Shown here: positions 11,096 to 24,794 of the stretch, in pieces
Numbering within the stretch: the stretch's first letter is position 1
Layout of the letters: each line of letters begins with the position of its first letter
Source of the DNA: Entomortierella parvispora E1425
Taxonomy: Eukaryota; Fungi; Mortierellomycota
Length of the DNA stretch: 64,000 nucleotides
Direction: 5' to 3'
Assembly (NCBI GenBank): GCA_020891255.1
Contig: BQFW01000013.1
Span: 310,001 to 374,000, forward strand
The notes under the pieces: model-generated
Told to the model about the DNA's origin: nothing
Databases searched by the model: none
What the model saw: only the letters and a program-made list of their open reading frames with translations
Position numbers and translations under genes: made by a program

Positions 11096-14000
11096 CTACT
11101 TCAGCAGCTCGACAACCCTTCGCAGCTTGACCACTGAAGGCACCAACATCTTGGCAGCAGCTCCTTTGCCAGAAGCAGCTGAAGATCCATGACCCATGAC
11201 AGACATTGCCATAGAAGGCCTATGACTGATACTGGTTACGCTTCGACCCTCTCTTTCAACTTTGCGCTCCATGACAGTGAGGACACCCTTGAGCTTCTTC
11301 ACTTCGGGGATCATGCCCCGCATGATTCTCCTCCGGTTCTCATCGTCCTCCAAGTGCAGCAGCAGAATTGTCACGACGGATTCAAAGACCATCTCGTTCT
11401 CTCGATAGGCCTGTGCACAGTCGACCAGGATTTCCATCCCGTCGGGTGCCCAGAACACAGAAACTGTCGTGTCGGGATCCCGAGAAAGATTCTCAATGAT
11501 GTTGAGTCCATGTTTCAGAACCTCCATGTGCGGCTGGGAGCGGTTACAGGACTTGATAAGTTGAAAGATAATGTTGATCACGTTGTGCTCTACGAGACGC
11601 AGACAACTGTTCTTGGACAGTCTAGTTACCACATCTATAGTTGGCATGGAAATACTTGTCAGCGTAACTTTCAAACAGTGGATTATATCAAACAACAAAA
11701 AAAAAAAAAAAAAAAAAAAAAATAAATAAATAGAAAAGGATTCCATCTTACCGAGATGATAGCAGGCTTTGAGAACTGCAGAGAGCTGACCACTGCTCAG
11801 CAGGATATCCAGAGCCATAGTAGTTCGGTTTCCAAGCTTCATATGTTCCTCCGCTGTCGCGTTCGCGTGTTCGATTCTCTTTCTGGCTGCCTTGATCTTG
11901 GCCGTACATTCCTTCCGGACCACATGTCCACGCCAGAAAGACTGGATGTACAAAACAGCTTGCTGTTGGCGGGCAAATCGCTGACGGGCCAACACACCCC
12001 GGATCTGCGTCTGCATCATGAATGTCAACACCTCCAGCTGATGCACCTGCTTGTCTTCTTGGCACTGTCTCCACCATCGCTGGATCATTGTTGCCGCTGT
12101 CGTGTGCATCCCTAGCAATTGACGGGTCCTGTATCGCCGCCAAGCACGTTGAATATAGATGGCCGACAATGAGAGTGTTGTCAAATTAATCCACTGACCC
12201 ACCAATCGCTCTCGGCTCTCGAGATGCTCTCGCACCCGGTTTCGAACAAGACAGCCTCGGACAGCCGCCTGGAGCATGGTCGAAGCCCACACCATCTTCT
12301 CATAGGCGGCACGTTGCTCCAATGCAGACCGGCGAGCGCGCCATTGCCTCTGCACCACTATCGCTGCCGCTCTCAGTCTCTCGTACTGCCAGCGGACATA
12401 TTGGGCTCGCACCATTGCTTGAGTGCGCACAATGGTTCGCAAAGCCAGCATCTCTCTCCTAGCCACCAAACCACGATAGGCGGATTGAATCACAATAGCT
12501 GCTTGCTGGCACTGCAAGAGTTCTAGGCGAACCCGATGGCCTTCCACCTGGGCCCTCCACCACCGTTGTGCCACAATAGCCGCCCACTGATATTCTTGGA
12601 ACATATGACGCTCCTGTCGTCGCAGCTGCACGGCTCGCCAGGTCCGCTGAATCTTGACAGTCGCCTCTTTGAGATGTGTGTAAGCCTTTCGCTGCACGTA
12701 GCCCCTCCAAGTCTTCTGAATCGCCATGCAGGCCTGGTTCTCCCTTAAGACCTTGATCAGCCGCTGTCGCAGCAGATGGCCACGGATTGCCGCCTGGAAA
12801 CGGATCATCATCGACCGTTGCTCATTATACTGTCGTCTGACCTCGCGTCCTGCCAGCACAGCTCTCCAATGACCTTGAATCGCAATAGCTGCCGATCGCA
12901 TCTGCAAGAACTGGCCTTCCTGCTGACGGCCCTCTACCAGCCCCCTGCGGCGACGTTGAATGATCAGAGCTGCACTCTTGAGCTCCAAATACTGCTGTCG
13001 AACAAAATATGATCGGACCACGCTCTGGATTTTGACCGCCGCCCATTGCAACTGCTGGTATTGACGCTGAACCTCTCTCCGTGCCACAGTCGCACGCCAT
13101 CGTGCCTGGATGACTCGGGCTGCCCAGCGTTGCTCCAAGAACTGGTGACGGAGCACCTTGATCAAACGGTTTTCACGGACACGGCGTTGAATGATTGTTG
13201 CCGCCCAGATTTGTCCCAAGAATTCCAGTCGGACCAATTTGGATCGCACCTGAGCCTGGATCTTGGTCGCCCATGTACGCTGCTGCAAGAATTGTGTTCG
13301 TACTTTTCTTGCCACTACAGTCGCTCTCCACTTGCGTTGAATCACGATAGAGGCTTGAACAAGCTCCTGGTATTCTTGCTTGACCAGTCGACCTTCCACA
13401 TAGGCTCTTCTCCGTGATTGCACTACCTCGGCTGCTATCCTCAGCAACAAGAACCGTTTGCGAACCAGATAGCCACTCGCCTGAGCTTGGATACCTCGGG
13501 CTACACGGTACGCATCAACAGCCTTCAGATACTGACGTCGAACCACATGGCCTCGGTAATATCGCTGGACTGTGAGCGCCGCCCATTGGAGCTCCAAGAA
13601 CCGCTTTCTGGCCAAGAATCCTCTGCAATAGCTTTGGATCATGATTGCGGTATCCAGCTTGTGAATAGCCCGGACTTGGGCAAGATACATGCGACAGCCA
13701 GTCTGAATCAACAGGGCGGCTGCCTCGCGCTTCTTGGTGATATCCCGTAGTTGTTTCCCAGCCAAGTACTTTCGGATATGTTTCTGAAGTACCAGAGTGG
13801 CCTTAACACGGGATTCTTCCTTTCTGCCATAATGCTTCTTTCGCCATATCCGTTGAATTGTTTTCGCGGCCTAAAGAAAATGTCGAATAGAAATAAGTAT
13901 GACGAGTCAAACGTCTGCAAAAGACCAAGGGGTTAGTTTGCCTGAAATTGACCAGGGATTGCATTTGTACTTACTCTGATGTCCTTGTTCAGGTGCATGA

Positions 14001-16924
14001 GTCGGGCGCAGAGATATGTGACAAAGAGAATGACAGCCTTCTCGTCTGGGACACCGACATTTGACATATCTGCATGGCGTACTATGGATTTAGCAAATAC
14101 TGGTCAACACACCCATTCAAAACGACAAAAAAAGACATCGCTGGGAATTGAGAGATGTAGCTTACAGGTAATAGGGACTCCTCCCAGAGCCTGGATCTTG
14201 CTCTGAAGCAGTCTATAGTTAAAGCGGTCCATCTCTTTGGCTTGTGTAATCGGATCTGTAACATCTCGAGCGTCAATAAACCATCCCTTCCCGTCGTTTC
14301 CAGCTGGAGGTTGTATTTCTGGTTGATGAAGACCCTGTCAGATGAAAGAGATATCGAATTAGAAATTGGTGGCCATATAGTTCAGGAGCTTAAGGGAGAA
14401 CAAAGAACTGCATACCTGTTTGTACTCTTCCAGATACTGGGCAGAGTCCTTCATGCTACTCATATCCAGCAGTGTTGGATGGTAATAACTCAACATGGCT
14501 CCAAATCCCCGCCCATCTGAGAAAGAAGTAGTAAAGTTGTCGATCGACAAGTTGTAGAACGCACCAATGGCTTGACACCACCTCAACAGAGCCGAGAGTT
14601 GATCAGAGGTGAAATAGACCGTGTCGACACGTTCTGGTTGCTCCACCCCAAAAATCCGCTTGTACTCTTGCTTCAAGGCACTGATCTCTGCCTCAAGCAC
14701 CGCGAGGTCAACCAATACAGACACCTTCCAGTTGAGGATTAGCTTCCAGAGGAGTCCGAACGTCTTCTCGCGGTGGCCTTCGACAATGTCTCGCGGACTT
14801 ACAACACCACCTCTTGTACCCTCCAGTGCAATTCCCTGTTTGACCAAAGCATTGAGCGCCAAGGTCACATTTTGCTGCATGTGAGCCTTGGAGAGAGTCG
14901 GAAATTTCATTTTCTAGAAACATTGAGCACCCAGCAACGTTAGCAATCATGTAGAGGAGAATAAAACCTGATGCAAAGTGGAGTTACGCCCGAGCATGTT
15001 TACCGTGGATAAACCGAGATCTGGACAATGAAGGTCAACAAGTCTGCACAGGCGTACGCCATCCCTCAAATCGACAGCCAAATTCTTGACCATGAAATCA
15101 TACTCGTCCAGTGGTGCTTGGGTATAAGTGACAGAGTAGCCCATGAACAAGAGATGTCGGATAATATCGCCCTCGCCCATGAGATAGTTTTTCGAAATGA
15201 TCAGCAAAATGGCGCGGCAAGATTTGATATCAGAGCCCTATAACCCAAATGAAAAAAGAGCAAAAAGAAGGATTTAGTTTCCCGGAGCGTCTCATCTTAA
15301 CCAGCAACTTGACTTCAAAGTTCCGTACCTTATTGAACAAGCATGGGTCCGAGGGAATGAGCCGTGCGATCTTTGCCCTATCCAAGAACAAGATCAACAT
15401 GAATATCCGCTTGAGGATGAGCCGGTTCATGGCCAGGTTGAACTTTGGGCGGTTTGAAAGTATCCTGTCTGGTTCGTATTCGTCCGCAAGCCGCTTGTCA
15501 TGAAAGATGGTCCGGTTGATAAATCCAGAGATTGTCGCACGGTCAAAGTTCGGGCTCATGGCGGTCTCCTTTCCGGTGATGGTCTCCAGTCCCAAGACAA
15601 GCCAACGGATATCAAACGAAAATATCAAGTCCATGATCTCTCTGCGAACTCCAATATCTCCCACAAGATTGACATCCGCCCGCAACTGCAGTCGATCTCG
15701 AGCAATGGAATCCTCCACTTTGCGCAGGACGATTCGAAAGGTGTCTGACTGGTAAATCTTGCAAGCCGAGGCACGAGTATGTTCAAACTCGAGCTTATGC
15801 GAGTAGTAACTCCAAGAAGCTGGATCCTTGGGCGAGAACTCGTCTACTGTCACATTGAACTCGTAGTTGAGCCATTGTGAAAACGATCGCTCCTGCTTGT
15901 CGATCCACTTTTCGTCATACATGTCGTTGGTGGTGACATAGGGCAGCGTGCTGTATCCTCCTGGTGCTTGGGCTGTCGAGCTGGAGAGGTCGTTCCTGAG
16001 GACACTGTGTCGCATGGTGCTTTGCTTTAGAGCACTGGCTTTTGGGTTGAACGAGGCGGATCCTACATTTGTCGACTCCCTGACTGATCTCACAGTCATC
16101 GCGAGCGGATTTTTGGTGTTTTGAAGTCCTTGATGCTCGGAAACCTATTCAGTGTTGGGACTCACGCAGTAAGCATTTGCCTTTTTCTTGCTTCTCCTCC
16201 TCTCAAGAGCCATATACAGTGGAAGCCAGCAAATTACCGGAAAGTCGCCACGGCCTCGAAGGTTGATCATAAACCGTCCGTTGCTCGTCTTCAAGATGGC
16301 ACTCGCACGAACACTGCCTGCAGACAATGGAGTCCAGCAAATATCAATCTCAATCTTGGATCTAGGCTGGAGGACGATGCTGTCCTGGGGGGGGCTGCTA
16401 TTTCTGGATGCTGACAGGATAGGATCCAGTTGGCTAATATTAAAGCCCTTCTCCTCCATTTTGCAGGTGGGATCCAGAGAGAGCCTTTCTGTCTTGTCTG
16501 AGGGGTTCTCCACGCTCAGGGACATTGTCTTTTTCGCTCCCACCACGACCTTGCCAAATTCGAGCCAGGGAGCAGGTTCGAAGGGGGCCAGAATGAGCGC
16601 GGGCATGAGCAATGTCTCCGTGTTGCTGCTCTGGTGTGATGCCTTTTGCTGCAATGGCGTTGTTGTCCTCAACGGCAGCTCCATTTGGCTGACATTGCTA
16701 CTATGTGTGTTACCATTCTCCAAACTGTTGGACTGCTGGCGCAGGTGTACCTTGCTGACGGGATTGAGTTCTGACTTCGATGGTTTGCGCTTCATGGTTT
16801 GATTCGGTGTCGTCAGAAACGGCCTCTTTGTGACTTGGCTCTTGTTGTGGGCGCCAAGGGGGGGTATATGGAGGTGGCGGTCCTGCTGGAGTAGCGAGAA
16901 TGCCTGCCGTCCGTTGTATGTCAT
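11096..16924 (-). CDS. ASPM: Abnormal spindle (Asp/ASPM) homolog: ASH domain, calponin-homology domains, about 24 IQ motifs, C-terminal ARM/HEAT-like domain
   Basis: Start inferred at MTYNGRQ (16924). ASH-like segment WLEFGKVVVG...WTPLSAG; CH motifs VKNLAVDLRDGVRLCRL, IVEGHREKTFGLLWKL, LLRWCQAIG...SFSDGR; repeated IQxxxRGxxxR units; terminal helical domain LIKSCNRSQPHMEVLK. Multi-exon with GT-AG introns. Confidence 0.93.
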
Positions 16925-19900
16925 TGCAAGGTGATTGCGGTGGGAAGAGGGTCGCTGGCGAGGACAAGGGCGCGAAGAGATGGATGGATGACTGAATGGA
17001 GGTGGATGGATGGATGGACTGGGACACAAGGTGTGGACAAACAAAGGTTCAGGGGAGAGACGCGCCAAAGAGGAGAGCACAGCACATGCGATCGCTTTCT
17101 TCGGTGATACGTCACGCGTGCGGGTTGGGGCTGGTCGCACAGTGACCTGGCTGTCGCTGGTCCCAGCCATGGAGACCTCTCTTCTCTCCAGACTCTAGAA
17201 GCTGACACCTTCAAAGGGGATAGGGGGGCACCTAGACGTTTACTGACCCAGTTGCCTTCTTCTGTGCCATGTCTACTGTTCAAGGGAAACATCCACCCAT
17301 CATGCAAAAAAAAAATATTCGGACAAAGGCAAAGGAGGTCCCACGTTTTTTTGTGCCCGAGATGAAACTCGAGATAATATGCAACGTTCCATGTCCAAAT
17401 GACCGCCGACGGCATGCTTCCTTTCCACTCTTTTTTCATTTATTTTCCCATTCATGCATGGTTCATGGTCCTACGTTGCGCCCGTGCAGGCGCAGGGACC
17501 CACGATCAAGGTTCGGTCACCCAGCATTCCAAAGAGCCGTTCTCCATCTGACCTTTCTTCTATTCTCTTTGTGTTGCATGAATTCAAAAACAGCAGACGC
17601 ACTCTAGTCTACGAGATAGCTATCTCTGGAGACCTAGCCTATTGCGCTGTAGCATGGATGGACGTCATCCCACAAATGTAAAACGGGTATAGTAGGCTCA
17701 TCTTTCTTTGCCAAAACTCACGAAATTTGATAAGCCAACAACAGCAACGTTTGGAAACGATCATGCACCAATTTCTTTTGTCCTGTTCACGACCCTCCCT
17801 CCCTCTGTCGCATACACTGCCCGTGCTGCTCTGTCTCGGAGGGTTTATTTTGCCTCGTATCCCCTCAAACCATAATCAAGTGATTCAACCAAGGCCCAAG
17901 ACGCGGAAAGATGTTCCCCTCTTCCCTTCTCAAGGTCCCCAAAAAAACAAGATTCAACAGGAGACAATAAGGGTCAGGGACGGTAGAGGCTGAACGGTTG
18001 CTGGGGAGGGTGTTTGGCCTATCGGCCCACAAAACGACAGCACAACCCACCTGTCGCTCGCTGAAACTGCAACAATGCATCCAACAACACCATTGGACAC
18101 ACCACACCTCCACGATCAAAAAAAAAAGGGAAAAAAAAAAAGGAGAGAGAAGGTGACCTGCTGGTTTGTCCAACATTCCTGGGCCATGTTTAGGTTTTCT
18201 TTTTTTGAGTCACGAAACGAACCGGCCCTCTTTGCCCTTTGCCCTGAGGGAAGGAAAAACACCCGACCAAAAGTGATAGATGGACCAGCTGCGCGCACCC
18301 AGATCAGGGCATGAGAATGCACTCTGAAAAAAAGCGTGGGCAAGTAGGCAAGTAAAATGACCGCCGCAGCATGACGGACCCGCCACTCTCTCTCTCTCTC
18401 TATCTATCTATTTATCTGTCTCTCCTTTGGGGTACTTTGCTCCTGACAACACGTTCCTGTGCGCGGGAGTAAATTCATGTCCAAAGGCAGATTTTGTTGT
18501 CGACAGGCGAACTGCAGGGCCAAGTTGATTCTCTCTCCTTGCAGCAATCCCCCGGGTGTTGCATTGTTTTGAGATTGTGTGCCTTTTTTTTTTTTTGCGC
18601 CTCTGCCCACGTCTGTTGAGGGCCACGCGGTTCTTGAAAACAAAATACCGAACGACAGATCGCGGTTCGGGGCGCAGACAACAAATGGGGAAAAACTCTA
18701 CAAACTGAGCCCCATCTGACTATCATGCAAACGCGGACATTTGGGCAAGGGAAAGGAGATGGCCGAGGCAATCAATCTCTCGGGCATGAAAGTCAGAGGG
18801 TAGAGTTTCAACTTGCATGGGTCCCCTCTCTGCCTTTGGATGGAACAAACATGTTTTTTTCCCGCCGGAACGTCTGTTTTTTTGGATGGATGGCGTTTTG
18901 TTGTTGTTGGCCATGATTCGTTGGTTGGTTTGTTAACGTCCTTCTCTTGGCCCCCCGCTGAACCTCCTATCGTGTTGATGTAATTGGAAACACGAGAGGA
19001 AACATTACCAGAAAGTGTTCGAAAAATGACCTTTGCTGGAACCACCACCATCCTTTCCTTCCGATTTCTCTTTGATCTCGTTACGAGGATATAGGTTCTA
19101 TACATACAGCGCAATAGTCCCAAAACGCTTTCGAGACGGTCAACTCCGAGTTCATTTCATGCAAAAAAATAGGCAACTATGGAACAATGGACAAGAAACA
19201 ATAAAAAACATTCACACGCAATCAACAATTGACAGGAGTGAGGGAGGGAGCCTCCCTAAGCCCTTGGCTGAGAGGGAGAGAGAGATAGAGAAAGACACGC
19301 ACACACAGAGAGAGGTTTATTGGCAAGGGCAAAGAGAGATGCGACAGAACCAAAAAAAAAAAAAATGGGCCCGCCGCATCGATAGGTTTGGGCTTTGTGT
19401 GTTGTTTTAGACCTCTCATTCCACAGAGATGAGACGAGACGAAAAGCGCGGACACAGGTCTGCGCTGTCTCCAAAGCAAGGAAGGGAAGCAAAGGAGACG
19501 TAAAAAAAAAGTTCTCTTTCATCCCAGCTTGTCGCTTGTCCGCTGCCCTTTCTTGTGTCCGTCCCTTGATGATGCCCTTGAAGGGCGCGATCATCCATCG
19601 CTAATAATACTCCTGATGTTCAAAAGGTACTCGATGGTCGACTCTTTCCTCCGTCTTCACTTTGTATCTTTCTGGGTGACTATGGACAGGCACCAAAACA
19701 GATCGGAGGAGGCCACGCAGATGGAAAGAACTGAACAGTCGACAATGATCATGTTGTGATGTTTCCCCTTGCTTTTTTTTCTTTCTCTTCTTTTTTTCTT
19801 TTTCCTCGCCTCCTTTCTCCTGTGCGTTGTGATGTCCTGCACGCTCCCTCCTGCCTCTCTGTGTGCCTCATCTGGTGGCCGATTGATTGCTCCTCATTCC

Positions 19901-20647
19901 AGTTGGCATCATCGTGTTGTTATTTTTGGGTCCAGGTGCGTTGGGTTATCGTGCCGTGTCCTCTATCGGTCTAGCGTGTGTCTCAACTGACAACCGATCG
20001 AGGAAGAAGCAACCAGAAAAACAAAGAAACAATAAAGGAGGGATGGTCAGTGGGAACACTGGGCGCTGGGCACAACTCAACTGAATGAGCTGGATGTCTG
20101 GAGGCGGTATCGTGTCATCATGCCTTTGTCGCCGAGAACGGAGTAGGGATGGGGATCGAGGACACACACCCAGGCAAATCTCTGATCCCGGACGAGGTTG
20201 CAGGACATAAATACATCGTCGTTCCTCTTTCCCTCTCGCTCTTTTTTTTTCTGACCACCATCCCCATCCAGCTAAAAACCAAAAAAACAAAAAGTGCATC
20301 ACATAATCCACCATCACCTGCTGCTGCTGCTGCTCGTCGCTCTCGTTTCTACGCACATTCATTTCCACGCTGTCCGTTCTTCCCCTGTGCATCCTTACTG
20401 CTCTTTACTCTGATCGTCCATCTCATTTTTTTTCAAGCCAGGCTCACTTTGGACCACCCTCCCACTGACCACCTCAACATCGCCTCACTGTCTCGCCCAT
20501 TGTCCCATTGACCCATTGACCACTGTATAATTTTTTCCCTTTCAATTGTGTTCGTGCAACCAACAACAAACCCACCCACCCCACCTCATTGAAACTAAAC
20601 AGAGGCACAAGACTGCCTTACTATTTTTTTTCCATCTCTTTTTTTTG

Positions 20648-20654
20648 TATAAAA
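20648..20654 (+). promoter_or_regulatory. Candidate TATA box (TATAAAA)
   Basis: Consensus TATAAAA followed by a CT-rich leader, about 170 nt upstream of the ATG at 20826. Confidence 0.4.
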
Positions 20655-20825
20655 ACCCCGATGACCTCTTTCAATTCGCCCTCTCTTCCTCGCTTCCACG
20701 AGTCCTTTACTTCTTTGCCTTCTCTTCCCTATAACACGCCCAAGGCTACTTCTTCTCTTCCATTTCTTCCTTGCTCTTCCTACTTCTCTTCCTCTTCCTC
20801 CCCTATCCACAACGCTTATCCAACC

Positions 20826-21506
20826 ATGACCTCTTGCAATACTGCCATGCTTACTCCATCCACGTCGCCCTATCCAATGGCTATGGGTGCCTCCAAGCGC
20901 AAACACTTTGAGATGGAGCCCGCGATGTACTCGCAACACGACGAGTCTACTGAGGGAGGATACTACTACGAGAGCTCAAAGCGAGCCATGTTCTCTCCAC
21001 CGAGAATCCAGGTGATGGGAGGTGGTAGTGGTCGTCAACGCCAAGAGTCTGGCTCCTCCGTATCGTCTACCTCGTCTTGGTCTTCCACTTCGTCGTACTC
21101 TTCGGTCTCCAGTTCCAGCAGTACGTCGTCCTGCCCTGGATTGGCTTACCCTACCTCTACGTCTGCCTCCGCTGCGGCCCGCTTCCGTGCCTCACCCGCG
21201 CCTCGCTCCTCCCCCTCTTCTCCCTCTTCAAGAAAGGAGATCTCAAAGCCCGTCGCGGTCACGGTCCGATCTCCATCTTCAGCTTTGCCTTCCAGTTTCG
21301 CGGTGACTCGTCCAAGTCTGTACGATATCTGCGATGCGATCGAGTTGCATGCAGATTTGCAAAAGGCCTTGAAGGGTCGATCGGCTGAAGAGGAATTGGC
21401 GGGACATGATGGCGACTATGAGCTCAAGTTTGTGTTTGTGGCCCCCAACTGGCTGCAAGACCATGTTGCCAAGGCCAAGAAGGCCGTGTCGATGAGGCGA
21501 AAGTAG
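20826..21506 (+). CDS. Hypothetical Ser-rich protein (about 226 aa; alternative start at 20661)
   Basis: Single long ORF with protein-like composition, good start context (caaccATG) and an ordered-looking C-terminus (RPSLYDICDAIELH...LKFVFVAPNWL). No known domain recognised. Confidence 0.7.
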   Translation: MTSCNTAMLTPSTSPYPMAMGASKRKHFEMEPAMYSQHDESTEGGYYYESSKRAMFSPPRIQVMGGGSGRQRQESGSSVSSTSSWSSTSSYSSVSSSSSTSSCPGLAYPTSTSASAAARFRASPAPRSSPSSPSSRKEISKPVAVTVRSPSSALPSSFAVTRPSLYDICDAIELHADLQKALKGRSAEEELAGHDGDYELKFVFVAPNWLQDHVAKAKKAVSMRRK

Positions 21507-23990
21507 AAATGATCTTATTTAAAATCGTTTCGATCTTGTCCTTCTCCGCCTCCTTCTCAGTCTCTCTCTTTTTTTTTGCACATACCTCCCAATACCCCAC
21601 CACCCATCATTTACCCTTCAGAGCCTGCCTCGCATCTCAAGGCAGAGACCCATTCCCCCAAAAGATCCCACAGCAATCTGTCCAAGGACTGCTGTCCATA
21701 TTTTCGATGAAACACACTTGCATACCATGTACATAGTTGGCGTAGCTCTTTTCTTTATATCTCTTCACATTGGCATTTCCCCTTTCAGTAACTTTTTTTT
21801 CTTTCTCTACTTAACCCTATTCTACCCCCTCTTTCCCCTTCCCATCCCATCTGTACAATTTTCTCTTCTATCCAAAAAAGTACCTTTTTTCCTTTCATTT
21901 CGCATGTGTCAAGTTTGTCAGCAATAAAAAAAAATCTCGGATCATACAACAAATTTGCGTTCTTGGGTTGTTTTTTTTTGTTGTAAACACGGACCACCCT
22001 TCCACGATCTTGTCGTCTTTCTTGGAGAGGAAAAATGAAGAGGAGCCCTATTCTTTCCCCCTACTTTGTCGAAAATCTGTCCTGCTCTCAGATTGTGTTT
22101 GATTTCATTAATGAAGAACAATGCAATAAAACTTACGGACAAAGTACCAAGATGATTGACTCTAGTACGTACCTACACTCCCTGGACAACATTGTCAAAA
22201 AGTCTTAAGTTTTGGGAAGGTGGAAGCAGGGGTTGGTGAGGGCGGTCAGGGACAGACCGACACGTTTGGGTCGCACGCGTGCTTTCGGTCAAACTCTCGG
22301 CGGGGTTTCTAGAACTTGCCCTTTTCTCCACCCCCCAAAACATAGCTCATCACGCGTGGGATGATGATGACCTGTCGCCTCACCCTCACGTCGATTCTCA
22401 TTCAGGCGTTCCAATACAGCCAAAAGAAGTGGTATCGTCAGCGACATCATCGACGTTGTCACCACCGGCATCATGATCATCTCATGTCCGATTTGCGATA
22501 CCCCTAGACTTTGCCAAGATACTCTGTCTCCGTTATCCCCCCCCCCCCCTCCTTCTATCTCCCCTCTCTGTCTGTCTCCGTCCTCACAACGATCTTAATC
22601 AACAAGAAAAAACCACATTGAAACTGTGCAAAAAAGTTATCGCACGCACCTGCCCTGTTCTGTCTGTTCGGTCCTGAGTGATGCGTGTTTGTGCGTGTTT
22701 TTTTTTTTAAAGATTCTTGTTTGAACTAGGGCTGTAGAACCAACCTTTGCCACGTTTTTTTTCTTCCTCTTGTTGCTTTTTTTTTTTTTTTTTTCCGTTC
22801 TCAAATCAACAATTGCACAAGGACCAGGAGACAGACAGAGGGAGAGAGGAAGAAGGGAGAAGGAGATAGAAAACTTGTTTGACAAGAAAGGAGAGAGAAA
22901 GCCAGAGATAGGGTCAAGTTGCACACAGTTTGGTCTCCTTCACTCGCCTCCTTCTCTCCGTCGTTCTAATCCATCTCCCTCCCTCAAGGACACCCCTGTG
23001 TCAGTTGAGCAAACTCTTTCCGCAGGATGCTTAGCACACAGAAAAGAGTTTATTGGCGTGTTTTTTTCGCTTTTTTATTGCTCTACAAGCCGAGGGTATG
23101 GATGAAGACCGACGAGGCAGAGGTTGAGGGCTGACTTCGCGCAGAAGAGACAGAGGGACGGGCAAGGAGGGGCAAGGGAAAAAAGGGAAACACAAAATGG
23201 GGTCAGTGGGCCCGACGCTGTTTCCAACATTCCTCGGGGTTGTCAGTTGATCAAAAAAGAAAAAAAAAATCTTCTCAATCGACCATTTGCATGCGGATGT
23301 CGGTAGGCTGAGGCAAGAGAAAGCGACCAAGGGCGGTGGGCGGACGCGTGTAGAAAGGGTCTGAGAGCCACCATTTTTTGCTTCAATTGGATCGAACGGT
23401 GACACAACTATTTTGTGCTGTGAGTGGTGTGGAAATGGTGCAGGGGCAAGACACGGCGGGGTTGTGCATCCCTTTTTTTTTTGGCCCTTTGTCCATCTCC
23501 GACTCTGGCCCGCACACCATGGCCCAACAACACGAGAGTGAATAGACAGAGAGGGGTTTGTCATACTTTCGAGTGGTTTGGTGGCGACGTGTGTTCCATC
23601 ATAGACTCAGGGCATACTCATTTTCTACCAGTCCAAGCAGTGCTGGGCCAGGCCTGTGTTGCCTTGTTTTTCTTCCTCTTTTGTCGGCCTCCTTTTTGCG
23701 AACCTGCTGCTTGTGGTGACTGACCACAATATCTTTTTTTTTCTCTCCCCTGTTTTTTTGACTCTTCTGTCTCCCATGCCCCCCCCCCCCCTTCAACGTA
23801 TGATCAGGGATTAAAGCGAGCGGTTGACTGTTCCTTTTTGTTGTTGCATGTTGATTCTCTCCAACCGTGTGTATGGGGGGTGTCCATTTCCACAACGTGT
23901 GGTTCAAGAGTTTTTTTTACCATGCTGCAGTTGCATGAACAAAGACCTCTCAACATTCTTTACTCCGGGAAGAAAAAGCCCTTTTCCCGT

Positions 23991-24069
23991 CCCAGCCCAC
24001 GTCCTAGGCTCATCCTCCTTTCTCCTCCTTCCCAGCCCACGTCCTAGGCTCATCCTCCTTTCTCCTCCT
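23991..24069. repeat. 40-bp tandem duplication
   Basis: CCCAGCCCACGTCCTAGGCTCATCCTCCTTTCTCCTCCT occurs back to back at 23991 and 24031. Confidence 0.95.
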
Positions 24070-24794
24070 CATTCAAAGGAAGTCAAAGAAAGAAAGTATG
24101 GTACATGTGCAGTACGTACACTTGGAACGAGTACCTTTGTCCCACTTTGACGGGGCCTTCTATCAGAGGTTCTCTAGGTTTCCTCGTGCATGGTGACACC
24201 CGAGTCCATTTTCCACAAAGAAACAAAAACCACCTCTGGAATGAAGGTGAGCTCATTGCAGACCAATCCAATTTACAATTCTTGCATGCAGGACAAAGGA
24301 ACAATGCAATTGTCTGCAGACTACTATCGAGTCAAATGTACCACCTTTGGCATTGAAGAGAGAAAGGAAAAAAAAATACGGGAGAAAAATCGCGTAAATC
24401 GTCGATAAGCGTCTGCTGCCATCCTTGTCACGCGAAATGGTCCTCTTGATCTTGATCTTTTTGAAACAAAAAAAGAAGCTCCAAGTGACTATCCCGCACA
24501 CGCGTTCGCTGTATGTCAAAGTAAATGCAATTGGACTTTATTGGGGCATCTGCTTTTTTGATACTATTCTTTTTGTTTTTTGTTTATGAGCAGATGGGTA
24601 TATTACTATATTAAAGCGACGCTATATCTCGGCAAGGTGTTGGATTGGCGTGTACGTTTTGACTGATTGCTTTTGAACATAGTGCGATAGGATGCAAAGT
24701 GTTGACGAGTTGAAAAAAGAAAGAAAAAAAAAGAAGCATAAAGGTTGGTCCAGTGTCTCCCTCCTGTATGATTTAGAATGCGTAGGTGCTGGTT

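Noticed and set aside
17613-17626. Perfect 14-bp palindrome GAGATAGCTATCTC
   Set aside because: Isolated, with no supporting context; about one such palindrome per 64 kb can occur by chance.
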